The position numbers were made by a program, and so were the translations under genes. A stretch of 58,684 nucleotides of DNA, the filler included, from Sphacelaria rigidula (Eukaryota): the NCBI GenBank assembly GCA_964200075.2. It is 8 parts of 8 records of this genome, joined end to end, with 100 filler letters (N's around TTAATTAATTAA, not from the genome) between each part and the next. Parts side by side here need not be neighbours in the genome. Positions count along the whole stretch, not along the records: positions 36,743 to 43,990 come from CAXNAA020015780.1; positions 44,091 to 51,337 come from CAXNAA020015781.1; 6 more parts are not named here. One strand, 5' to 3'. Within the stretch, counting starts at the first letter, position 1. The number at the start of each line of letters is the position of its first letter. The notes beneath the pieces were generated by a model. It saw only the letters and a list, made by a program, of their open reading frames with translations, was not told the origin of the DNA and searched no databases. Positions 39,903 through 50,409 of this stretch are shown here, in pieces.

Positions 39903-41671
39903 ACGGGATCCTGAAATATGAGAACGAGATTTTCCCATGGGAACGAAGTTGTGCCGACTTTTGTACTTCAATTTGGAATTCACGATCACTGTGTAGCACG
40001 TGAAAGGTAGAAAAAAAAAACGGCTCTTATTTTGCGTGGCCTTCCCTTCAAAACTACAGTACGCCACAAACACACGCTGTCCAGCCACGACATGAAATTC
40101 TTGCACAAAGTACACAGAATCATCGAGGTCTCTTATCGCAACTCCACCGCGTCTGCAATGAATGGATCAATGTTACATCACGCGCGGCATTGGCCCTTCC
40201 GAGCAATCCATCTCACTCTCACAAAAAACGAAGAATTGAACGCGAAGTCCGCGACGAGCACTCCGTGGATGCATTGTTCCCTTTCAACCCTCTTAGTGGG
40301 GCCCCCTGGACAGCTGCGATTTCGAGTTTCGCCAGCTTTTTGGAGGATGGCAACGGTGCATGAAGGTTGCTGCAATTCTATTGGTCAAGAATCGAAAAAA
40401 AAAACACGCGAAATCATTTCCGAGAACCCGAGCGTCCCGTTGAGGGAGTCTTCTCTTCTCGTCTATGACAATGATCGTCATACTCCATAAGGACTGCCAG
40501 GGGTGCTAAAACCGTTAACTCCGTGCAATACAGTTGGTCTCTCGTTACGACCATCAAATTACCGCACAAATAAGAAGCGCGATTCACATCGACGCTCTCG
40601 GATACTGTGTAAAAATGATCGTGACCGTGACTATCTCAACTCCTGACTCGGGATTTTGGAAAATTTACCTGATTCCGCCAGCTTTTTCAAAGGTGCTTGG
40701 GGGTGGGTACGGTACGTATCCTGAGTTCTTATCTCGGTGTACCGACTGCCGGAAATATCCAGTATTCTAGGGTCCTCAGAGTACCAACACTCCGAAGAAC
40801 TCTACTCTTCACCCTATCTTATCCTCACCCACCAAGTGTGGACTTTTCCCAACAAGTTGGGTCCGTTGTCGTGACTCACAGTCTCACCATATTCATATTC
40901 CGCACCCAGTGTTCCTGGACTTGTGGGGGTCGATTTCCCGATTTCGATTCTTGACTCGATTAATGGACTTGCTTGATTGTCACACATCAACTGAACTCTT
41001 GCACTCCAAAATTCCAGGGGGGTCGGGGCAGGAAGGGGGGCTGGAAACGTCCCTGTGACAGATAAGACGAACAAGCAAACATCAACCATAAATCAATATA
41101 TCATCGAGGGAAAGGCCAAACATAGAGATGAAGAGACAAGACCCTACATACTTGGTTGTTTGTGAAACCGAAAACAAGACACGATATAGCACGACAAAAA
41201 AAGAGCACATCAACGACAACCGCGTGCCGGCTGCTCCGGTTGTGTAATGTTTCCAGGCCGACGTTTTTCGCCGCCCCGTGTGTTCACTATATTTCAGACG
41301 CACAATTATCACACAACGTAAGATATCTTGTCCAACTGGTTCACTTTTTCACTTCACATGAAATGCGCATAGTTGCTCTACACTGTGCAGGGCATTTTTT
41401 TCAGTGCACACTACACTCAATATACTTAATGAAAAACGACTTTTCTTGTCGTACGTACTTGTATGTATGCACTGTTTTTGCTCCACCTATAACAGACCAT
41501 ACAGATGCCGCGGGTTGGGTGGAGGCGACCGCCTCTGCTTCTCGACAACACACCGATACATGATGACACATACATACAAAATCCCTGTCCACGCGTATGT
41601 ACTACTTTAGCAACCTCAATCCATTCCTTTTTCGAAAGTGATGGGCGTCTCTGAACCATGGGTTGTGTTGA

Positions 41672-41705
41672 TTAGCAGCCCTCGCCGATGCTGTCATAGC
41701 CTCCA
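41672..41705 (-). CDS. Terminal micro-exon (GGGYDSIGEGC*) of the same gene
   Basis: Pyrimidine-rich tract plus ttacag| acceptor, phase-2 compatible, ending in TAA. Confidence 0.55.
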
Positions 41706-43376
41706 CTGTAAAGCACAGGGAGCGCACCAGGCGATGGGACGGATACATGAGAGAGAAGAGGACACCGACACGACGCATAGGGGGGGGGCGCACACGCGCC
41801 ACGACGCATAGGGGTGGGACGAGGGGCAAATATGGTTTATTGGCGCTCATACTTCCTGCTTTGCAACACCCTTCCCCTAGGTATATCACCGTTTTCCAAT
41901 ATGTGGGTTAGAATAATATATTCGTCCAATCTTCAACCGACCCCAATCCTCCCAACGGGAGACATAGAGGGAAGACACGATTCTCCGCGAGAACCAAAAC
42001 AATATTGGCAAAAACGATGCTGCTGCCTGCGCCCATGTGCGCCCCTACCTGCTACCGACAAGACGAAACACAAGCGCCCCTTGTTAGACGAGATCCCTTA
42101 CAAACAAACGCCTTGTTGTACTGGCAGAGATAGCCCTTGAAAACGACGAGATTAAATACACGCATGCAGCCATGTCTCGAGTATAGAAAATAACACGGCT
42201 TGATAGGGAAACATCGTCAGTCACGATACATTAACGATTAACAGACCTGATTCGACCAGGCGTCGTCCTCATGAGGAAAGCTGTGGGTCTTAATCGACGT
42301 TTTGCTCGTTCGACCTCCTTTGGAACAATATCGCCGACTAACCTTCTTCAAAGCCGGTGAAAGCCCGACACCCTCGGGCTGAACAACTCCCCCTTGTTTA
42401 CGACCCCCCCGAAAAAAAAATGAACATGACAGTACTACGTAGTGTTGATGTGGTGAGACCCATGATAAGGCAGTGTGTAACCCGTGGCTCTATGGAAGTG
42501 GGGATACCAGAAAATGTAGCAGCTAATTGGAGGCTGCCATCCATGTGCGAGGTGATCAATACGCTTCGGGCCGAACAATCTTAGCAGGATGCAGCTCGCC
42601 CTTCATGCGACTCGCCAAACAATCATAGGCGCTTCCTGACTTGTACACAGTATTGCTCAAACCCAAGCAGCTGTGCTTTTGTCTATCTGTTTGTATGTTC
42701 GATCTACGGGTCGATATGTCGAATCTACTGGACTGTATGGCGTCTTGTGTGCCGAAGGGAGCGGTTCAACCTTTACACTCGCGATACTCGTTGATCGATC
42801 GATTGATCGATTGACTGTCGCACGTTACTTGATCCCCTAGGAATCCAGCCACGGTCATGATCCACACGATGGGCGTACTCCTAAGGTGAACAAACACGGG
42901 AATCACTACATGAAGGAAGCTTGAGAGAGGGCGGCAATGAAGCTTGAGCGAGGGAACAGAGAGGGTACTGAAGAACGAACAGGAAGCAGAACAAGAACAG
43001 CGAACAAGATTAAAATAACCGAAAAATAAAAACAAAAACAAAAAAGGGGAACGGAAAGGGGAATGAAAGGGAATGAAAGGAAAAACGAATAACGCCAAGA
43101 TGGATCTAGTACTTACATCGGTCCTGCGAAGGACAAAAAAAAGAAGATTTTGTGGTCCACCCCTTTCCTGTCGCACAGCTCTCCAGGTAAAGTCGGAGGC
43201 CGAACAACATCAACCAGAACAATTCATCACAAGAATTGGTCAAAACTAGTGGTCGACTCACAATTTTCCGAGTGATGATCGATCAACCGATCAATGGATC
43301 TCCAAGGTCGGTCGATCTCCTGAACAGCACGTCTCAAACGCGACGGGGGGAGTTGTTACGGAGCTACTAAACGTAC

Positions 43377-43621
43377 CCGAAAAGCCCGGCCCTCCAGCTG
43401 CTCCCGCGAACCGCCTGCCCGCCCCCCGCGGCGGCAACGCCACCACCATCGGCGGCGGCGGCAACGGCCGCACGCCCCGCCCTAGCGCGGCCTATGGCAG
43501 ATGTCAGGAACGATCCAACAGCAGCCCCGAGGACTACGGCGCACATGACTGCCACTGCCGAGAACGAGGACATCGGCGCTGATGTGGATGCATCCCGGGC
43601 GAGCGGTGTCTGGACGCCCTG
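43377..43621 (-). CDS. Penultimate exon of a probable single-pass membrane protein
   Basis: ctctcag| acceptor and phase-2 GG|GTACGT donor. Encodes the hydrophobic stretch FSAVAVMCAVVLGAAVGSFLTSAI followed by basic residues. Confidence 0.65.
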
Positions 43622-45204
43622 CTGAGAGGGAAGTACAGTAAGGAGTGTACGGAGGAGGTTTGTACGCGATATGTTTGTGTGGGTGCAGTAGAGAGGAACA
43701 CTGGGCCCATGCTATGTACTCTGCCCTAGTTAACAAGCACCCGAGCTTTGAAGAGGAAAAAAAAAAAGTGTATCATATGGACCTTGATCATGGCAGCTTC
43801 CATTGTTGAACACGTGCTTTGCCCTCCTGGCGAACGCGTAGCTTTTTTTGCATTATGTACGATGTGCGTGAGTCAGCGTGCGAGGTGTAGAGGGCACAGG
43901 AAGCGGGGGGGGGGGGGGGGCATGATCCTGCATGCCGTAGTCATGGGACCATTCACCTCGCACCCTACAAAGCCAGGGCGGAGCACGCCCNNNNNNNNNN
44001 NNNNNNNNNNNNNNNNNNNNNNNNNNNNNNNNNNTTAATTAATTAANNNNNNNNNNNNNNNNNNNNNNNNNNNNNNNNNNNNNNNNNNNNCAACCTTGTT
44101 TGTCTCGGTGAGCTTCCCCGTTCTTCTGCGGAGAAACACCCCCCCCCCTCCCCCCCCCCCCCCTCCCCCCCCCTCCGAGCTCTGGAAACCCCCAGATGTC
44201 TCGGGTCTGTCAGCCTGTACAACTGTTCCGAGGCGACGCTCGTAGTCTAAGGGTTAAGGTTTGGACACAAGGGGGCTGAGATATTTGTGGTTGGGTTGTT
44301 AAAAGCAAATAAAAAATGTAGACAGGCTACAGTAGAATACGCGGGAATCTTGGGTATATCTAAGAAAATACAACAAAGCAAGATACGATCTTTTGAGCTA
44401 TTGTGTGTCGAGGGCAAGTGAAGGAGAAAAGCCTGTGGGGTACTCCCGAGTAGAAATATTATTTAAAAAGTAAAGTCACCGATTCGGGTTCAAGTGCGTG
44501 CGAAGGGATAAAGGGGTCAAAGGCGAGCAGGATGTGATCGAGCATTGACGCAACCCCCCCCAACGGTTACTTCGTTCTTGCCCTTCTCTTAGTCTTATCC
44601 ACAGACTCTGTTCTGCGGCTATAGGTCACGTTTCGGTTTGCTTTTCGTTTATAGATTGATTTTGCATTGACTTCTGGGGCCTTCCAGTACAGTAGCATAT
44701 TTAATCTATACAAGCGGCAACACATTGACTTTCGACAACTTTTTGGAACTCGTCACGTTTTATCACTCTGAAGTTCTGCGACCGACACGCATTACTTTAG
44801 CCCCATAAAAGCGAGTGAACCTTCATTGGAGATCTGAGCGCAAGGTCGTCTTCTGTCAGTGGCGTCGACGAAAGGACGCAGGGGTGAACACAGCAGCTTA
44901 ACTCCAAACATGTCGGGTGAGAACAATCGCTCGCAAAGTACTGTGAGGTTTTCAAGAGGTGTGCGTACTCGAGCCCAGAAGAAAGCAGACGATGAGTTAC
45001 TTCAATCCACGGGTAGTTCAGACCGAGTGACGGTTGTGTCTGAGGCCGTGTCTTGTCAAAACATTTTCGACTCGAACGAGTTCGTGCGGCCGAACTGACT
45101 CAGTTCGCTGTGCTAGGTTTGGGTCCGAGCGAATTTGCACGCTGTGAATCGAAAAGGCTAAGCGAAAATCGTGAAGCGGTACTTCTTCACCTATATTCAA
45201 TAGA

Positions 45205-46770
45205 AAGTAGTACAGAACAAGCGGTACAGATTGTACAACGACAGTGGCAGTCTGTACTGTCCAGATGGTGTGTGTTTCGCCAAGGTTTCGCACAGCATGC
45301 AGACGCGATGTGGAAAAGAAGCGGGCGACGCGACACACAGCAGATTTGGCAGACAGCACAGCTTTCTAACTCTCTGCATACAAGAGGATGCGAAGCAGAT
45401 TTGAACCACGTGCAGTTTTTCGACGCCTCTACGGTCCATGAGCGCGTTGGCAATTCGATCGCCAACCCTGACACGCAACTCCGTCGATGGATCCTGCCAC
45501 GAAATTAGATGCCCAAGTTTTCGCCAACAAGAAGAAACATATCATGCTAGAAGTGTGGTGGTGGCGGTTTCCTATCACTGCTGCATTATATATCCCTGTG
45601 CTGAGTACGTGATCTATGCCGCAGGGTTGGGTACGTAGCTGCGAATGAACCATTTGGGTTTTGCCTACCTCTATGGAAGGGTATAATAGTATCTGGCAGG
45701 GTTGTCTGCTACACAGGTACTTTACCCATATTATATAGTACGAGTACAGTACAGGTAGTACAGACTGTACAACAGTGGCGGCCTGTACTACTGTGTCTTG
45801 TAGATAGTGTGTGTGTTTCGCGCAGCATGCAGACGCGATGTGGAAAAGAAGCGGGCGACGCGACGCACAGCAGATTTGACAACACAGCGTTCTAACTCTC
45901 TGCATACAAGAGGATGTGAAGCAGATTTGAACCACGTGCAGTTTTGCATCGCCTCTACGGTCCATGAGCGCGTTGGCAATTCGATCGCCAACCCTGACAC
46001 GCAACTCCGTCGATGGATCCTGCCACGAAATTAGATGCCCAAGTTTTCGCCAACAAGAAGAAATATATCATGCTAGAAGTGTGGTGGTGGCGGTTTCCTA
46101 TCACTGCTGCATTATATATCCCTGTGCTGAGTACGTGATCTATGCCGCAGGGTTGGGTACGTAGTGCAGATGAACCATTTGGGTTTTGCCTACCTCTGTG
46201 GAAGGGTATAATAGTATCTGGCAGGGTTGTCTGCTACACAGGTACTTTGCCCATATATAGTACGAGTACAGTACAGGTAGTACAGACTGTACAACAGTGG
46301 CGGCCGGTACAACTGTGTCTTGTAGATAGTGTGTGTGTTTCGCGCAGCATGCAACCGCGGTGTGGAAAAGAAGCGGGCAACGCGACATACAGCAGATTTG
46401 ACAGACAGCACAGCGTTCTAACTCTCTGCAAACAGGAGGATGCGAAGTAGATTTGAACCATGTGCAGTTTTGCACCGCCTCGACTGTCCATGAGCGCGTT
46501 GGCAAAACAAATGCCCACCTCAACACGCAACTCCGTCGGTGGACCCTGCCACAAAATTAGATGCCTAAGTTTCGCCAACAAAAAGGAGCACATCATGCCA
46601 AAACAGACAGTGGTGGTTTCATTTTTTATCACTACAGTGTATGTATCCCTGCGCTCAGTACGTGATCTGTGCCGCAAGGTTGAGTAGGTATCTGCGAATG
46701 AACCATTTCGGCTTTGCCTACCTCTGTGAAAGGGTAATATCTGGCACGGTTGTCTGCAACATGTGAGTTA
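45205..46770. repeat. Tandem array of three ~526-bp units inside the Harbinger-type element
   Basis: The anchor ctccgtcg.tgga.cctgccac recurs with its marker base at 45486, 46012 and 46538, a period of 526. Confidence 0.95.
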
Positions 46771-46972
46771 CACGCCGCTTTGTTCATTCCGCCGCTGGTT
46801 TCGCTCGAAAAAAAAAACTTTTCTGTTTTTGACCTTGCCCGTCGCGCGTAACTAATTATAAAATGGACTTGAAGCCATCGAGGAACATAAATGCCGTGGA
46901 CGTATCAGAATCGGCCCCGTAACGACCAGTTCGATTTGACCGCATGTTATCGAGTCGAAATTCTTTTGATAA

Positions 46973-47168
46973 GGGCCTGTCTTAGCTCTTTTGTTTTCGA
47001 TCGAAAATGTGCGGTGGAAAACAAATATCTCGATCTGATAGGTCATGATTTCAACCATCTTCAAAATAAACGACGATGGTTGAAACTACGACCCGCAAAA
47101 TATCAGATCAGGATTTTTGTTTTCCACCGCACTTTTACGATCGGAAACTCATGTGCTAAGACGCGCTC
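46973..47168. mobile_element. 196-bp Tourist-like MITE with TAA TSD
   Basis: TAA|GGGCCTGTCTTAGC...GCTAAGACGCGCTC|TAA with a palindromic body. The adjacent duplicate 47181-47306 shows the empty site. Confidence 0.9.
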
Positions 47169-47519
47169 TAAGACACGGCCTTATAAAATGGACTTGGAGC
47201 CATTTAGGAACATGAATGCCGTGGAAGTATTAGATTTGTCCTCATAACGACCAGTGCGATTCGACCGCATGCTTTCGAGTCGAAATTTTTTTGATAAGAC
47301 ACGGCCTGAAATGTTAGCTGTACAAGATGAAAAGGTACAGACGAAGTCAGTTGGGAGTGTGTCGGACGAGGCGCCGGGACTTTCGGCGAATGCAGTGTCT
47401 ACCACAGTGGGGGAAAGGGGTGTAACGATGCATATTCAGTGAGCACTTCCCCACCTTGAAGTATAGAACATGACCTGCCCATAGGGCGTTTCACATGATG
47501 GTGTGGATATTTCGCCTCT

Positions 47520-47712
47520 GGCCCTGTCTTAGCACATGGGTTTTCTATCGAAAACGTGCGGTGGAAAACAAAAATCTTGATCTGATAGGTCGAAATTTCA
47601 ACAATCAGTCGTCGTTTATTCTGAAGATGGTTGGCATCATGACCTATCAGATCAGGATTATTGTTTTCCACTGCACTTTTTCGAGCGAAAACTCATGTGC
47701 TAAGACAAGCCC
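47520..47712. mobile_element. Second copy of the Tourist-like MITE
   Basis: GGCCCTGTCTTAGC...GCTAAGACAAGCCC with flanks TCT/TCA. Confidence 0.85.
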
Positions 47713-48991
47713 TCAGATGGCAAACGTTGGGCCCGTGAGGAATACTGCCGGGGACAGGAACACCAGCGTACAGACGTTGGATCTTTCACCCCATGTAGAA
47801 TACAGCATGAAATGTGTAGAAAGCTCAACCTTCGAAGATACCAAGCGCCCTCCAGTTGATGCTGTTGACAGAGAGGTGCGGAATCGAACTGATGAAAGAT
47901 CAGTTTCCCCGACCCCTGTAAAAACCAGTAGTGATTTGCCCACTACACCATGCCATGACGATGACATTTCGCAGATGTCCAGTAATATCAAGGATAAGCC
48001 AGCGGGGATTAGTACGCGATCTTCCAGCGATGTTGAAATTATGATGGATACTCGTGTGCCGTTGTCCCGAAATCAGAATGAGCGTGATATCAATCTTGAG
48101 CAGAACAACGAAATTTGTTCTTACTCGAGTTCATTTTCTACTGAATCTTTACCTCGCCTGTCCACGTCAGATGTGGAGCACGGCAGCTTACACACAACAG
48201 TGTTTTGGTGAGATTGAGAGTCTACGATACGATTAAGAGTAGGCTTGAGAGCAGGTTTTTCATGGCTTTCAGCGGCCGGTTGTGCCTGCATCATTAATGG
48301 ACAAAACGCTTACCTCGCACATTGGTGCAAAATCCTGCCGTTCAAAGTGTTGACGTTTCTCTACTATTCATGCGAAAACGCTTGCTTGCGACCTTGGGGG
48401 AGAATTTTGGCGCGGTAACTGTTGATACTTCACTACTCTCCATGCGTGAAAATGTCGATGTCACGCTTGTTTTCGTGTGAATAGTACACAACGGGAACAA
48501 GACAAATTTCGTGAAGTGTTCCCGACAAGACACGCGAAGTAGTCTTGAAACCGTCTCGGGAATCAAGTTATCACTGTCACTCACGGAGCACCATCCCTCA
48601 ATCCGGATACGTGCAAGCGATTGTCTTGCGAATAAAACCGTTGTGTCGCGAGGGAATATTATGCTTGTTCGCATTTTCGAGCAAAAACTAACCTTTTTTT
48701 TTGTGTAAATGACGCATTTGGCGGCGAAAGCCCCCCCCCCAATGGCGGGAAACACCCGCTACGACGGAATCAAGCGGTCAACATCGATTTTCTGCATTAT
48801 TGTCGCCGTCGTCTTTTACCCTGTTTCTTTCATCGACGCCTAAACAACAACGAAGACTGGAATGGCGGCAGGCAATCACAACTCGAAGACAGCCCACAAG
48901 TGATCTCAACACACGAACATCACCAGAGGATCGCGAATGATGTCTACGTTACCAAAAAGACTAAATAAAATGCCTCGTCGCACAGGGACGG

Positions 48992-49630
48992 TTATCCCGT
49001 TCGTGATGGGACATAATCAAGGTCCTGATCATCATCAGCACCACCGTCCGAACTACCGTCGTCGCCGTTCGACTCTTCTTCGCCGCCCCGTTTCGTCTCG
49101 CCATCAACCGTACTGCCTACTACGTCTCTGTTGGGCGAACCGCCCTGGGAACCAACACCTTGCACATCCGCCTTCCCCTCGAAAATTGGATATTGGCAGA
49201 GCAACTCCTCTCCCATACCAATAGGGCGTGTGACGTTGAACAGTATGCCTTCAATGCTGCTCCTCAGTATCGACTTCGTCTCTTGAAGATCAACTACGGG
49301 GGTGTCGTGCTCCTTGGCGAAGACACTGCTGGGTACAACATTGGTGTCGTCCTCGACAGGTTTGGACGAGTACATGTAATTCAGGAAGGTCCTACGCTCG
49401 GGTTTCAGGTACAACGTCGAACCCTCGTTCGACACCTCCCATGGCTGCAACAACTTCGAAAACTGAGGCGCTTTACAGATCTCGTATCTAGGTACACCAT
49501 CTATTTCCATCGCCTGCCCTAGCTGAAGCAAATCGCACACCACAAAGGAACCCATCAACGTTATAGGCGGTGAGTCTTTGGGCTTCATCGCCTCCACCGC
49601 AAACAGTCCCAGGCTTCCCCTGCTCGATTC
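48992..49630 (-). CDS. Terminal exon encoding a divergent SET domain with an acidic tail
   Basis: ggtcag| acceptor, then ESSRGSLGLFAVEAMKP ... FLNYMYSS ... ILFNVTRPIGMGEELLCQY, which resemble the SET N- and C-terminal motifs. TAA at 48994-48992. Confidence 0.7.
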   Translation of the reverse strand, partial: ESSRGSLGLFAVEAMKPKDSPPITLMGSFVVCDLLQLGQAMEIDGVPRYEICKAPQFSKLLQPWEVSNEGSTLYLKPERRTFLNYMYSSKPVEDDTNVVPSSVFAKEHDTPVVDLQETKSILRSSIEGILFNVTRPIGMGEELLCQYPIFEGKADVQGVGSQGGSPNRDVVGSTVDGETKRGGEEESNGDDGSSDGGADDDQDLDYVPSRTG

Positions 49631-50000
49631 CTGACCAAACGTGCGAGCACGGAGAGGAGGTGCGAGAGAGTTCGGGGATGGATACGTGAGGATGGAATCG
49701 GAATAGTTGCGGGCCGGTCGCCGAGTCGATCGAAAAAAATCACGATGTTTGTTCTATTTCGTGGGACGGATGTGGACTGTGCTGACAGTACCATCCGCAG
49801 CAGCGGGACAGTTGTGTTCACGATTCATTTGCACAAATATTTATTATAGAGCTCTCGAGGGGGGCAGCTATGCTCGGTTTTCCGAGTTGTCGCCAGCGTT
49901 GCTTCGACACTTCCTACGATAGTTCCCCTACGTTTGTATTTGCATATGCACGAGCAACATTAAAACAATGAGTCGCAACCCGACAGCCTTTAGAGGTCAC

Positions 50001-50409
50001 CTTAATTTCCAAACCGTACAACCGAGCATGGTCCCTGGCCACCTCGAGCGTCAAACCCTGGTTTTCCTTCGTTACCCCATCATCGTCGTCGTCGTCGTTG
50101 TCATCGTTGTCGACCATGTTGACGTCGATGGTTTGCTCTTGAGCCGGGATAGACTTCGAGTAGTTCGAGGTTGGGACGCACTTCGGCAGACGACTTGGTC
50201 CAACCCGTTTCAGCGGTTGAGTTAGTTGGGCGAACTGTCCACCCTGAAGTACTTGCTCGCATGCTGCGTCCAGCACTCTAGAAACCTAAGCCTCCTCGAT
50301 GTCGTCGGAGACGACGGTGATGATGGTTCGCCCTGCACCCAGGACCACATCAGCCAAGCTTTGTCGGTCTGCGCCCGTCACCAAGACAGCATCTCCTGTT
50401 CTGGAGAAC
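50001..50409 (-). pseudogene. Upstream exon of the SET gene, containing one in-frame TAG
   Basis: Branch-point-like GACTAAC plus cacag| acceptor. Ends ..LYGLEIK|GTGACC in phase 0, splicing to ESSRGSLGLFA. TAG at 50288-50286. Confidence 0.55.

Larger units (their letters stand above)
45044..47306. mobile_element. Non-autonomous PIF/Harbinger-type element, 2263 bp
   Basis: TGA|GGCCGTGTCTTGTCAAAACATTTTCGACTCGAA...TTCGAGTCGAAATTTTTTTGATAAGACACGGCC|TGA, i.e. a TIR of at least 33 bp and a perfect 3-bp TSD. Confidence 0.85.
44890..48211 (+). pseudogene. Ser/Thr/Asp-rich ORF of unknown function disrupted by two TIR insertions
   Basis: Removing 45044-47306 plus one TSD joins ..DRVTVVSE-MLAVQDEK.. 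in frame. Removing 47520-47712 joins ..HDGVDISP-QMANVG... Frameshifts or stops remain near 47430-47495. Confidence 0.6.

Noticed and set aside
47495-48211. 238-aa ORF as an intact gene
   Set aside because: Most of its first ~70 codons read through a palindromic MITE, so it is a fragment of the disrupted ORF.
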